From positions 3,822-67,821 of the forward strand of contig JACQGI010000015.1 of assembly GCA_016199625.1 (NCBI GenBank): 64,000 nucleotides of DNA, read 5' to 3'. A program made the position numbers and the translations under genes. This stretch comes from Acidobacteriota bacterium (GTDB taxonomy: Bacteria > Acidobacteriota > Vicinamibacteria > Fen-336). Position 1 is the first letter of the stretch, and every line of letters begins with the position of its first letter. A model generated the notes under the pieces. That model was given only the letters and a program-made list of their open reading frames with translations. It did not search any database and had not been told where the DNA came from. Below are positions 28,559 to 41,582 of the stretch, one piece after another.

Positions 28559-29641
28559 TCACTGCCACTGGGGCGGGTCCGCGAGGCCCATGTAGTTGAG
28601 CGCGGCGCGAGGCGAGCTGACGCTCGTGAGCCGGGCGCGCAGGGCGGCCGGCCCCGTTGCCGTCGCCGCTCCGCGTTCGTTCACCGTCCGTGCGACGAGG
28701 GACACGCGGACGTCGCGCGTGAGCGTCGCGTAATTCGGCTCCGCGACGGCGCCGGGAGTGTCTGCCCAGCCAGGGAGCGGTCCTCCCGCCGGGCCAGTCG
28801 CTCGGTACTGGACCTGCAAGTCCTCGATGCCGCGGGCCAGGAGCTGCCAGATGTCGGGATTGCCCGGCCCCGCAGGGACGTAGGCGGCGTCGTTGGTGCT
28901 GCGTCCGCCCAAGGGGCTCCTCCAAAGACTGGGGATCCCTTCGTCATCGAGGGCAATCTCATACCGGAGGATCTGGACAGTCGTCATGCGGTTGGGCCTT
29001 TTTTCCGGCGGGCAATCTTGGATCTTAGTGGGCGGATTGGTGTTGTTGGGCTCGTAACACTGCAGGTTCGCCACGCTGTTGATGTCGCAGAAGTTGGCGT
29101 CGTTGCAGAGGCCTGGGGGGAAGTTCACTTTCTCACCGGTGCCTCCGTGGATCCTGTGAGCGAGTCCCATCTTCGCACCCGCATCCCCGTAGCCCACCAA
29201 GACGAAGGAGTCGTTGCTGTAGCAAGTCGGAATCGAGACGGCCATGTTGAGGTTGCCGCCGCTATACGCGCAGTCGGGTCCGGGGCACGGCCCAGCCTTC
29301 GTCTGGACATCCGGGCACTCCCCCGTGTTCCCGAAGATCTCCAGGTGGTCCGTGTTCACAGCGTCGGGCCCCGCCGGGCCCACGCCGTTCAGGTTGTCCC
29401 CGAACGCCTGAAAGAAGGCGCCCATGCCCACGCCCGCGGTGGCGATGTCGCGTTGCATGACGTCCATCGCCACGCGGACGGCCTGCTGCATTTCGGTGAT
29501 CTCGGGCGTGCGCCGGAAGGCGGTCTGCCCCGAGGACATGAGCCCGAAGATGGCGCCGCTCACCACGAGGGTCACGACCATCGCCACCATCAGCTCCACG
29601 AGGCTGAACCCCGCCTGCGATCTCGATCTCGTCGGCATCAT
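28559..29641 (-). CDS. pilW: PilW-like minor pilin
   Basis: G|FSLVELMVAM, MQQAVRVAMDVMQRDIATAG, LARGIEDLQVQY; RBS GGAGGAAGG. Confidence 0.85.
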   Translation of the reverse strand: MMPTRSRSQAGFSLVELMVAMVVTLVVSGAIFGLMSSGQTAFRRTPEITEMQQAVRVAMDVMQRDIATAGVGMGAFFQAFGDNLNGVGPAGPDAVNTDHLEIFGNTGECPDVQTKAGPCPGPDCAYSGGNLNMAVSIPTCYSNDSFVLVGYGDAGAKMGLAHRIHGGTGEKVNFPPGLCNDANFCDINSVANLQCYEPNNTNPPTKIQDCPPEKRPNRMTTVQILRYEIALDDEGIPSLWRSPLGGRSTNDAAYVPAGPGNPDIWQLLARGIEDLQVQYRATGPAGGPLPGWADTPGAVAEPNYATLTRDVRVSLVARTVNERGAATATGPAALRARLTSVSSPRAALNYMGLADPPQWQ

Positions 29642-29694
29642 GCCTTCCTCCGCGCGAGTGCTCCGACGCCACCCTAACGTCGCCGCGTGCATCT

Positions 29695-30243
29695 CTAGGC
29701 CCCGGGGTTCGGGCACCCCGTGAGGGTGCACGTGCGCCACGCGGAGAAGACGGAGCTGGACCGGGGGTCGGGGCCTTCCCGAACCGTTCCGACGTTCAGC
29801 ATCAGGTCGGACTGCACGGTGACGTGGACCGTGTCCGGAATGGGCCGGGTGATCACCCAGCGCGTCCGGATGGTCCCCATGTTGGGGATGTCCCGGTAGA
29901 GGTTGAAGGTGGTCGCCTGGCCCGTGTTCGGGTCCACCACGCAGTTGTCGCCGGGGTTGACCTCCCGGCACGCCGCCACGCCCTGGTCCGCCGTGAGGCT
30001 CCCGACGGTTCCGCCCGTCCCGACGCCGAGGTTCAGGAACGGGATCGTCTTGATGCGCTCCATCACCTCGGTGGCCTGCGCGACCGTCCCGGTGGTCCGG
30101 TGGGCGACGGTGTTCGAAGTGCCTGCGACCAGGAACAGGTTCGCGATGGCCGCGAGGCCGAAAACCAGGATCAGCACGGCGATCAGGGCCTCGATCAGCG
30201 TGAAGCCCGCCTCCGCGTGACGCCGCTGCACTGCCGGTCTCAT
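29695..30243 (-). CDS. pilV: PilV-like minor pilin
   Basis: G|FTLIEALIAVLILVFGLAAIA, QATEVMERIK; position between fimT and pilW. Confidence 0.85.
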   Translation of the reverse strand: MRPAVQRRHAEAGFTLIEALIAVLILVFGLAAIANLFLVAGTSNTVAHRTTGTVAQATEVMERIKTIPFLNLGVGTGGTVGSLTADQGVAACREVNPGDNCVVDPNTGQATTFNLYRDIPNMGTIRTRWVITRPIPDTVHVTVQSDLMLNVGTVREGPDPRSSSVFSAWRTCTLTGCPNPGA

Positions 30244-30872
30244 TGCCACCCCCGCTCGATGCGAACACGACCGCCCTGCGCCACGGTGATGAACATCCGC
30301 AGCCCCGTGCGCGTCTGCAGGACCGAGATCTGCCCGTCCCCGTTGGCGTCGCCGGACACGTAGTTGGTGCCCGCATCCAGCTCCGGACAGGGCTCGTTGG
30401 CGGTGTCAGGGACGCACATCGCACCCAGGCGGGTGAAGCGGAATCCCCGGTCGGTCGCGCCCGCCGTGACGTCGAAAACGACGCCCACGGGCAGCCGGCG
30501 CAGCGGTCCCACCTGGTCGGGATCGTTGAGGAGGTTCGTCGTCGTCTGTCGGACCCCGGCCCCGGCCGCCTCGACGATGTCCTCCATGACCCACCGGTAG
30601 GCGACCTCGTTCGTGGGATTGCCGTCGGTGTTGGGGGCGAGGACGATGAACAGGACGCCCTTGTTCACGTTCTTCATGATGGCCCGCGTGCGCGCGGCCT
30701 GGATCTCGGACGCCACCCCCTGCGCTGCGCCCTGGATGGTGTAGACCTTGATGTAGTTGGCGACCGGAGGACCGGCGACCGCCGCCAGGGTCGCGATGAT
30801 GGCCACGACCACCAGCAGCTCCACCATGCTGAAGCCGGCCTGCCACCGCTGCGAGCGTTCAGCGAGTTTCAT
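30240..30872 (-). CDS. fimT: FimT/FimU (GspH-like) minor pilin
   Basis: G|FSMVELLVVVAIIATLAAVAGP, SEIQAARTRAI, FTRLG, C-terminal GGRVRI. Confidence 0.82.
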   Translation of the reverse strand: MKLAERSQRWQAGFSMVELLVVVAIIATLAAVAGPPVANYIKVYTIQGAAQGVASEIQAARTRAIMKNVNKGVLFIVLAPNTDGNPTNEVAYRWVMEDIVEAAGAGVRQTTTNLLNDPDQVGPLRRLPVGVVFDVTAGATDRGFRFTRLGAMCVPDTANEPCPELDAGTNYVSGDANGDGQISVLQTRTGLRMFITVAQGGRVRIERGWQ

Positions 30873-30887
30873 AGCAGCCTCCCCTTA

Positions 30888-31006
30888 AGCAAGGCGCGTA
30901 CCCCTGCGGCGTTGCCTCCGCAATTGACTGATGAGAGGAATGTTATCACGAACCGCCCCGTTGGGATGGTGACTCCGGCGGAGCAGCGTCGTTACGGCAC
31001 GTAACG
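30888..31006 (-). promoter_or_regulatory. Putative sigma-54 promoter of the minor pilin operon with IHF-like site and palindromic enhancer
   Basis: Minus strand GGTACGCGCCTTGC (GG-N10-GC, 30902-30889); CATCAGTCAATTG (30933-30921) resembles IHF WATCARnnnnTTR; palindrome CGTTAC-N5-GTAACG at 30990-31006. Confidence 0.55.
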
Positions 31007-32364
31007 TCTCGGGCCGGTCCCCGGCATGGGAGCCTCACCTCGACCCGGAGGCCGTGGGGGGAGACCGGCGCGAACGTCAGATCGCCCCCGTGAAGGCGGA
31101 CGATCTTCAGGGTGAGTGGAAGGCCGAGTCCCAGGCCTCCGGGCTTGGTCGTGAAGAACGGCTGGGGTGAAGCGGGGCTGTCGGGCGGGAGCCCCGGGCC
31201 GTCGTCGGTCACCGCGACGAGCAGCGTCTCGTCGGTCGTGCGCGCCGACGCCGTCACGTGACCGCCCGCGCCGGCGGCCTCGCGGGCGTTCCGCAGCAGG
31301 TTCTCGAAGGCTCGCTCGAGCAGGTCCTCGTCCCCCACGAGGTCGCCCCAGGCGCCGGAAGGGTCGAGGGCCACCTCGGCTCCGGGCTTCCGGCATTCCC
31401 GGGCCGCAATCCGCGCGAACAGCCGGCCCGGATCGAAGGTCGAGAGGGACAGGCGCTCCTGCTTGACGAAGTCCAGGAAGCGCCGGACCACGGTCTCCAG
31501 CGCCTGGCACTCCTCGCGGATGCGGCCCGCCGCCTCCGCGGCCTCGGCCGGCGACGGGGCGGCCTCGACGAGCTTCGCGTAACCCAGGATGGTGCCGAGG
31601 CCGTTGCGCACCTCGTGGGCGATCCCCGCCGTCAGCTCCCCCGCCCGCGCCATCGTCTCCAGGTCCTCGAGGGCGTCCTCCATGCGCCGGCGCTCGGCCT
31701 GGTGCTCGCGGGTCCGCGCGGCGTCGTGGGCCCGGAGGCGCTCCATCGCCTCCTCGTAGGCCTCGAGCGCCCGCGGCGGCGCCGCCTCCTCGCGGCTCGG
31801 GAAGAGGACCGCCGCTGCGGCGAGCAGGAGCACGAGCAGCGCGACGCCATGGCCGACGAGGATCTGGCGCCGCTCGCGCAGGTCGTCGAGGAGATCGGGG
31901 GCGCGGGTCGCCAGCCGCAGGACCAGCGTCGCGTCGCCCGACCGGAGCGCCAGGTAGGTGAAGAGGCGGGCCTCGCCCTGGACGATCGGTCCCACGGTCA
32001 CGACGGCGCCGTTCCGGACGAGCTGCAGGTCGCCGGCGCCGGGCCAGTGGCCGATCGGTGCGGGCCGAGGCTCGGAGAAGACGGCGCGGCCCGAGAGGTC
32101 GAACAGCTCGAGCTCGGAGGCGAGCGCTCCGACGAGGACCTCGTCGGCGGCGCGGCGCCAGGCCACTGGACCGCCGGGCTCGAGGGTCGCCGCCAGGTGC
32201 CCCCGAGCCAGGAGGATCGATTCCCGGAGGTTGCGCACGACGCGCTCCCTGAGGCGGCTCTGCGAGCGCAGGGTGTGGACGAGCCCCTGGATCTCGAGGA
32301 GCCCGAGGACGACCACGGCGAAGCCGAGGGCCAGGCGGGTCCAGAACGTGCGCCGATCAGCCAC
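30946..32364 (-). CDS. Membrane sensor histidine kinase
   Basis: Two TM helices; AGIAHEVRNGL H-box; ENLLRNA, DDGPG, FFTTKPGGLGLGL. Confidence 0.93.
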   Translation of the reverse strand: MADRRTFWTRLALGFAVVVLGLLEIQGLVHTLRSQSRLRERVVRNLRESILLARGHLAATLEPGGPVAWRRAADEVLVGALASELELFDLSGRAVFSEPRPAPIGHWPGAGDLQLVRNGAVVTVGPIVQGEARLFTYLALRSGDATLVLRLATRAPDLLDDLRERRQILVGHGVALLVLLLAAAAVLFPSREEAAPPRALEAYEEAMERLRAHDAARTREHQAERRRMEDALEDLETMARAGELTAGIAHEVRNGLGTILGYAKLVEAAPSPAEAAEAAGRIREECQALETVVRRFLDFVKQERLSLSTFDPGRLFARIAARECRKPGAEVALDPSGAWGDLVGDEDLLERAFENLLRNAREAAGAGGHVTASARTTDETLLVAVTDDGPGLPPDSPASPQPFFTTKPGGLGLGLPLTLKIVRLHGGDLTFAPVSPHGLRVEVRLPCRGPARDVTCRNDAAPPESPSQRGGS

Positions 32365-33172
32365 GGAGGACGCCCTTGTACCACGCGACGACGGGATCGC
32401 CCCACAGGAGCACGAAGAGGCCCGCGACGCCCAGGAACGTGCCGAGGGGAAGGGCGTGGCGGAGCCCGCGTCCCTTGGCGGCCATGAGCCCCAGCCCCAC
32501 GAGGGTGCCGGAGAGGGTCGCGACGAAGACGGTCAGCAGCAGCCGCTCCCAGCCCAGGAACGCACCGAGCATGGCGGCCATCTTCCAGTCCCCCTGCCCC
32601 AGGCCTTCGATCCCCCGGGTCGTCAGGTACGCTTCGGCCACGAGGGCGAAGGCGGCGTATCCACCCGCCGCGGCGGCCAGCGCGCCGAGGGGCCTCGGCC
32701 CGTGCGGCGGCCCCGAGAGGAAGCTGCCGACGAGCCCGAGGGCGATGCCCGGCAGGGTCACGCGGTCGGGCAGGATGTGGTGCTCGAGGTCGACGAGGGC
32801 GAGCACGAGGAGCGCGGTGGCGAACGCCATGGCCAGGACGGCCCGCGGCGTGACGCCCCAGGCCGCGGCGATCGCCAGGTAGATGAGGCCGTTGAGCGCC
32901 TCGACCGCCGGGTAACGCGCCGAGATGGGGGCGCGGCAGGAGCGGCAGCGCCCCCGGAGCAGCGCGTAGCTCAGCAGGGGAACGTTGTCGAGCGCCCGGA
33001 TCGGCGCGCCGCAGGCCGGGCAGCGCGAGCGCGGCGTGACCACCGACTGCCGCAGGGGAAGCCGGTGGATGCAGACGTTCGCGAAGCTGCCGACCACGAG
33101 GCCGAGGGCCAGCGCCGCCCACGGCCAAAGGACGCCCAGGGTGAGCGCCAGCGCGGAAGCCGACTCGGTCAT
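32357..33172 (-). CDS. pilD: Prepilin peptidase / N-methyltransferase
   Basis: GSFANVCIHRLP, SRCPAC, RCRSC..ISARYP.VE, DLEHHILPD, GLGQGDWKM, LPLGTFL. Confidence 0.96.
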   Translation of the reverse strand: MTESASALALTLGVLWPWAALALGLVVGSFANVCIHRLPLRQSVVTPRSRCPACGAPIRALDNVPLLSYALLRGRCRSCRAPISARYPAVEALNGLIYLAIAAAWGVTPRAVLAMAFATALLVLALVDLEHHILPDRVTLPGIALGLVGSFLSGPPHGPRPLGALAAAAGGYAAFALVAEAYLTTRGIEGLGQGDWKMAAMLGAFLGWERLLLTVFVATLSGTLVGLGLMAAKGRGLRHALPLGTFLGVAGLFVLLWGDPVVAWYKGVLRG

Positions 33173-33239
33173 GTGCCCCGATCATAGTGCAACGACGCCC
33201 GCCGCGGCGACGCGCGAGCCGCGTAGTATCATCCCCGCG

Positions 33240-37771
<4,532 letters not shown>

Positions 37772-37775
<4 letters not shown>

Positions 37776-38530
37776 GCGCGTTGGGCTCGCGCGAGGGATC
37801 GTCGCCGGACCGCTGGCGGAGGGAGCTCGCGCACGACCGGAGGATCGCGTCGCGGGCGGAGGCGATCTGGGACTGGGACACGCCCGCGGGACGGCGGAGG
37901 GCCGACCGGCGCGCGGCGTTCTTCGTCGAGCACGGTGCCTTGGGTCCGGGCCGCCGGGCCCTCGAGCTGGGTTGCGGCACGGGCGTCTTCCTCGAGCGCG
38001 TGGCCCGGTCCGGGGCCGACCTGCACGGGCTCGATCTCTCCCCCGACCTCCTGGCTCGGGCCCGCGAGCGCGTGGCCGGCACGGCCAACGTGCGACTCGT
38101 GCAGGGGAACGCCGAGGCCATGCCCTTCCCCGACGGGTCCTTCGACGCCGTCTACGGCAGCTCGGTCCTGCACCACCTGGGCCTCGAGGCCGCGCTCCGC
38201 GAGGTCCACCGCGTCCTCCGACCGGGAGGACGCACGGTCTTCACCGAGCCGAACCTCCTCAACCCGCAGATCGCCGTGACGTTCCTCGTCGCGCCGAGGA
38301 GGACCCTCGGGCTCTCGCCCGACGAGATGGCCTTCACCAGGTTCCGCGCCCGCGCCCTCCTCGACCGCGTCGGCTTCACAGAGCCTTCCGTGCGCCCCTT
38401 CGACTTCCTCCATCCGCTGGTCCCGCCCTCGTGGATCGACGGCGTGGCCCGGCTCGGCTCGGCCCTCGAAGCCGTCCCGGGGCTGCGGGAGATCGCCGGC
38501 TCCCTGCTCATCCGTGGAACGAGACCGTAG
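37772..38530 (+). CDS. Class I SAM-dependent methyltransferase
   Basis: LELGCGTG, GLDLS, GNAEAMPF.DGSFD, VLHHL, RVLRPGG; GTGA overlap. Confidence 0.92.
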
Positions 38531-38545
38531 GCCAGGGAGGCGGCC

Positions 38546-39292
38546 GTGAGCCGCGAGCGTCTGGAGGAGCACCGCCGCATCTGGAAGCGGAAGCCGGTCC
38601 TCGCGGACGTCTACGCCGTGTGGTTCGATGCCCTGCTCGGCGTCCTCCCTTCGCGCGGGCGGATCCTCGAGGTGGGGGCCGGGCCCGGCTTCCTCTCGGC
38701 CTACGCGCGCCGGCGGCGGCCGGAAGTGCTGTGGGTCGCCACCGACCTCGTGGAGGCGCCGTGGAACGACCTGGTGGCGGACGGCCTCGGCCTGCCGGTG
38801 CGCGAGGGGAGCGTGCACGCCATCGCAGCCCTCGACCTCGTCCACCACCTCGCCCGACCGGAGCGGTTCTTCCGCGAGGCCCGGCGGGTCCTCGTCCCGG
38901 GCGGAGTGCTGGCCGTGATCGAGCCGTGGCTCACGCCGTTCTCGTACCCGATCTACAGGTGGCTGCACCAAGAAGGCTGCCGCCCGGGCATCGATCCCTG
39001 GAACCCCTTCGGAGCAGCCGGCCGGAAGGAACCCTTCGAGGGCGACAGCGGCGTCTTCACGCGACTGCTCCGCCAGCCCCCCCCGGTCCGCTGGCGGGAC
39101 CTCGGCCTGGGGCCGCCCCGCCTCACGCTCCTCAACGGCTTCGCGTACCTGCTGAGCCTCGGGTTCCGCGAGGCGTCGCTGCTGCCCCGCTGGCTCGCTG
39201 CGCCGCTGCTGCGCCTCGACGGACGTGCCTCCTCCCTGGCCCGTTACGTCGGCTTGCGCGCCCTGGTGGTGTGGGAGCGCCTCCCCAGCTAG
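38546..39292 (+). CDS. Class I SAM-dependent methyltransferase
   Basis: ILEVGAGPG, VADGLGLP, LVHHL, RVLVPGG. Confidence 0.9.
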   Translation: MSRERLEEHRRIWKRKPVLADVYAVWFDALLGVLPSRGRILEVGAGPGFLSAYARRRRPEVLWVATDLVEAPWNDLVADGLGLPVREGSVHAIAALDLVHHLARPERFFREARRVLVPGGVLAVIEPWLTPFSYPIYRWLHQEGCRPGIDPWNPFGAAGRKEPFEGDSGVFTRLLRQPPPVRWRDLGLGPPRLTLLNGFAYLLSLGFREASLLPRWLAAPLLRLDGRASSLARYVGLRALVVWERLPS

Positions 39293-41400
39293 GGCGATCC
39301 CGCCGCTTCCGGTGCCGCCCCGACGACCGGGACGGCGCCCGCGCGCCGGAGCCGGACGAGGACGGCCAGCAGGTAGGCGGCGAGGGCGACGAGGAGCAGC
39401 GCCTTGAGGCCGATCGCCATCGAGGCGAACTCGAGGAGGCCCCCCGTCACGGCGCCCAGGAGGTTCCACCCGAAGGCCGCGGCCGCCTGCTCGCGGTCGC
39501 GGAACAGCGCCGCGAACGAGAGGGCTGCGAAGAAGATCGGCGAGCCGACGAAGAGGATCGAGAGGGCCAGCTTCCCTGCAACGTCCGCTCCCACCAGGAC
39601 GCGGGCCGGCACGGCGTAGGCCGTCAGCAGGGACACCACGAGGCCCCCCATCCCCCAGTGGAACGGCAGAGGCCGCGCCCGCGTGAGCAAGGTGCCGAGG
39701 AGGATGACGCCGAGGATCGAGCCGAAGACCACGGCGTTCGTCAGCCACGTGCCGCCCCAGGCCAGGTTCATCTCCGTCACCGACCGGGTCTCGAGGAGGA
39801 GGAATGCCAGGCCGAACAGGAACATCTCCCAGTCTGCCTGCCGTAGAGAACCCAGGCCGCGGCGCATCTCCCCCGAGGCCAGCGCGACGCCGAGCACCGT
39901 GAGGGCGCCGAAGGCTGCCATCAGCTTCAGGTAGAAGCCGTGGATGCCGCGCTGCCTGAGATAGAGAAACGGCCAGTCGTCGCCGGGCAGCTCGACGCGG
40001 GCCGTGATCCTCTCGAGGACACGGGGAGCGTCCGCGCGTCGTTCCGCACCGCCGTGGGGGGCGAAGGCCGGGCCGGCCATGAGGATCCTGTTGAAGAACC
40101 TGTAGTGGCGCGCCACGCCCAGAGGCGCCTCCCCGAAGACCTCCGTCAGCATTCCGACGAGGCGCAGGTCGATGTATTCGACCCCCACCATGTAGTACAG
40201 AACCAACCCGCCGTCTGGGGTCAGCCGATCTCGAGCGGCGCGCACGCAGTCGGTCGTATAAACGAAGTTGTCGAGACGCACATTGGACAACGCCGACAGC
40301 CGTGTCATGGAATCGAGAGTCCCGAAGACGATGAGGTCGTACTTCTCCGACGTCCGGTCGAGGTAGGAACGCGCGTCGGTGTTGATGACGCGGACGCGGG
40401 GCGACGCGTACGGCCGGTTCGGGTGCCGCAGCCCCATATCGAGGATCACCGGGTCGATCTCGACGGCATCCACCCGCTCGGCGCCCTCGTCCAGGAGCAC
40501 CGCGACGTCGTTGCCCGTTCCCGCGCCCACGACGAGAGCGTTGCGCACACGTCGCCCTAGGAGGCCATAGGGAAGGTGGTAGCCGTCCCGCGTCGTCTGT
40601 TGCCCGCGTGTCAGCCCCTCGTCGCTCCTCCTGACCGGAGACGCCCACTGGTGCAGCGACCCGTTGGCCAGGACCGCGAACCCAGCCAGCTCCGGCTCCT
40701 GGTCGATCCTCAGGGCGTAATAGGGGCTGTAACGGTCGGCGCGCTCCGAGCGGCCGACGATCATCACGACCAGCGCCGCGACGAGAAGGTGAAACGCCTT
40801 GCGCCACGCCGGCCCGTTGACGAAGAACAGGCCGAACGCAAGGAAGACCGAGAACCACGTCACCGGGAATGAGCCGCTGAAGGACACGACGGCGAAGGAC
40901 ATCACACCAAGAAGAGACCCGAGGATGTCCCACGAGTAGCCGAGCAACGCGCTGGCCCGCGCCCGGAAGGCGTTCAGCCTGTCGGCGATCACCTGGCCGA
41001 GCGGCACGAAACTGAGCGTGCTGAGAACGAAAGTGACGACGAGGGGCAGCGCAACGTCCTGCACCACGGGTGAGCCCTGCGGGAGGTCGTAGTACAGCAG
41101 GAACAGGTGCTCGGAAGACGATGCCTGGGTGAAGGCGATCCGGCTCATGCCGGCTCCGCCCAGCACGACGGCGGCGAGCGAAAGCGGCCAGGCCAGAACC
41201 AACGATCGCCGGCGCGCCAGCAGGCATCCGAGTCCAAGGCCCAGGAACGCGCTCAGCAGGACCAGGTTTGGGAAGTAGGCGAGCACGCGAACCTGCCCCG
41301 GCAGCCAGCGGATGAGGGCGAGCTCCTGGAACAACGCAACGAAGGACGCTGCAGTCAGCTCCAGGGCCAGGCGCGCGGGGCGCTTGTCTCCCCAACCCAT
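39289..41400 (-). CDS. Fused membrane-transporter-like / spermidine-synthase-like SAM-domain protein
   Basis: About 7 TM, then YSPYY, LVVGAGTGND, AVEIDP, DARSYL..YDLIVF, DDWPF, then about 7 TM. Confidence 0.85.
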   Translation of the reverse strand: MGWGDKRPARLALELTAASFVALFQELALIRWLPGQVRVLAYFPNLVLLSAFLGLGLGCLLARRRSLVLAWPLSLAAVVLGGAGMSRIAFTQASSSEHLFLLYYDLPQGSPVVQDVALPLVVTFVLSTLSFVPLGQVIADRLNAFRARASALLGYSWDILGSLLGVMSFAVVSFSGSFPVTWFSVFLAFGLFFVNGPAWRKAFHLLVAALVVMIVGRSERADRYSPYYALRIDQEPELAGFAVLANGSLHQWASPVRRSDEGLTRGQQTTRDGYHLPYGLLGRRVRNALVVGAGTGNDVAVLLDEGAERVDAVEIDPVILDMGLRHPNRPYASPRVRVINTDARSYLDRTSEKYDLIVFGTLDSMTRLSALSNVRLDNFVYTTDCVRAARDRLTPDGGLVLYYMVGVEYIDLRLVGMLTEVFGEAPLGVARHYRFFNRILMAGPAFAPHGGAERRADAPRVLERITARVELPGDDWPFLYLRQRGIHGFYLKLMAAFGALTVLGVALASGEMRRGLGSLRQADWEMFLFGLAFLLLETRSVTEMNLAWGGTWLTNAVVFGSILGVILLGTLLTRARPLPFHWGMGGLVVSLLTAYAVPARVLVGADVAGKLALSILFVGSPIFFAALSFAALFRDREQAAAAFGWNLLGAVTGGLLEFASMAIGLKALLLVALAAYLLAVLVRLRRAGAVPVVGAAPEAAGSP

Positions 41401-41408
41401 GAGGGCGG

Positions 41409-41437
41409 ATCCTGCACAACCCGCTCCGCGAAGTCAA
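41409..41437 (-). promoter_or_regulatory. Putative sigma-70 promoter (divergent pair, left)
   Basis: TTGACT-N17-CAGGAT, 8 nt before ATG 41400. Confidence 0.45.
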
Positions 41438-41515
41438 ACGCCGGCGGCGACGTCGACCGGCGGTAAAGACGTGCACGGCGATCGAGGCCGGCTCGCGTGC
41501 CTCGAGCCGAGAGCG

Positions 41516-41543
41516 TTGACACGACCCGCCGTTCGCCTATGAT
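41516..41543 (+). promoter_or_regulatory. Putative sigma-70 promoter (divergent pair, right)
   Basis: TTGACA-N16-TATGAT. Confidence 0.6.
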
Positions 41544-41582
41544 GCGGCCCGGGGCTCCGCCGGAGCCCCGATTGGAGCGTGC

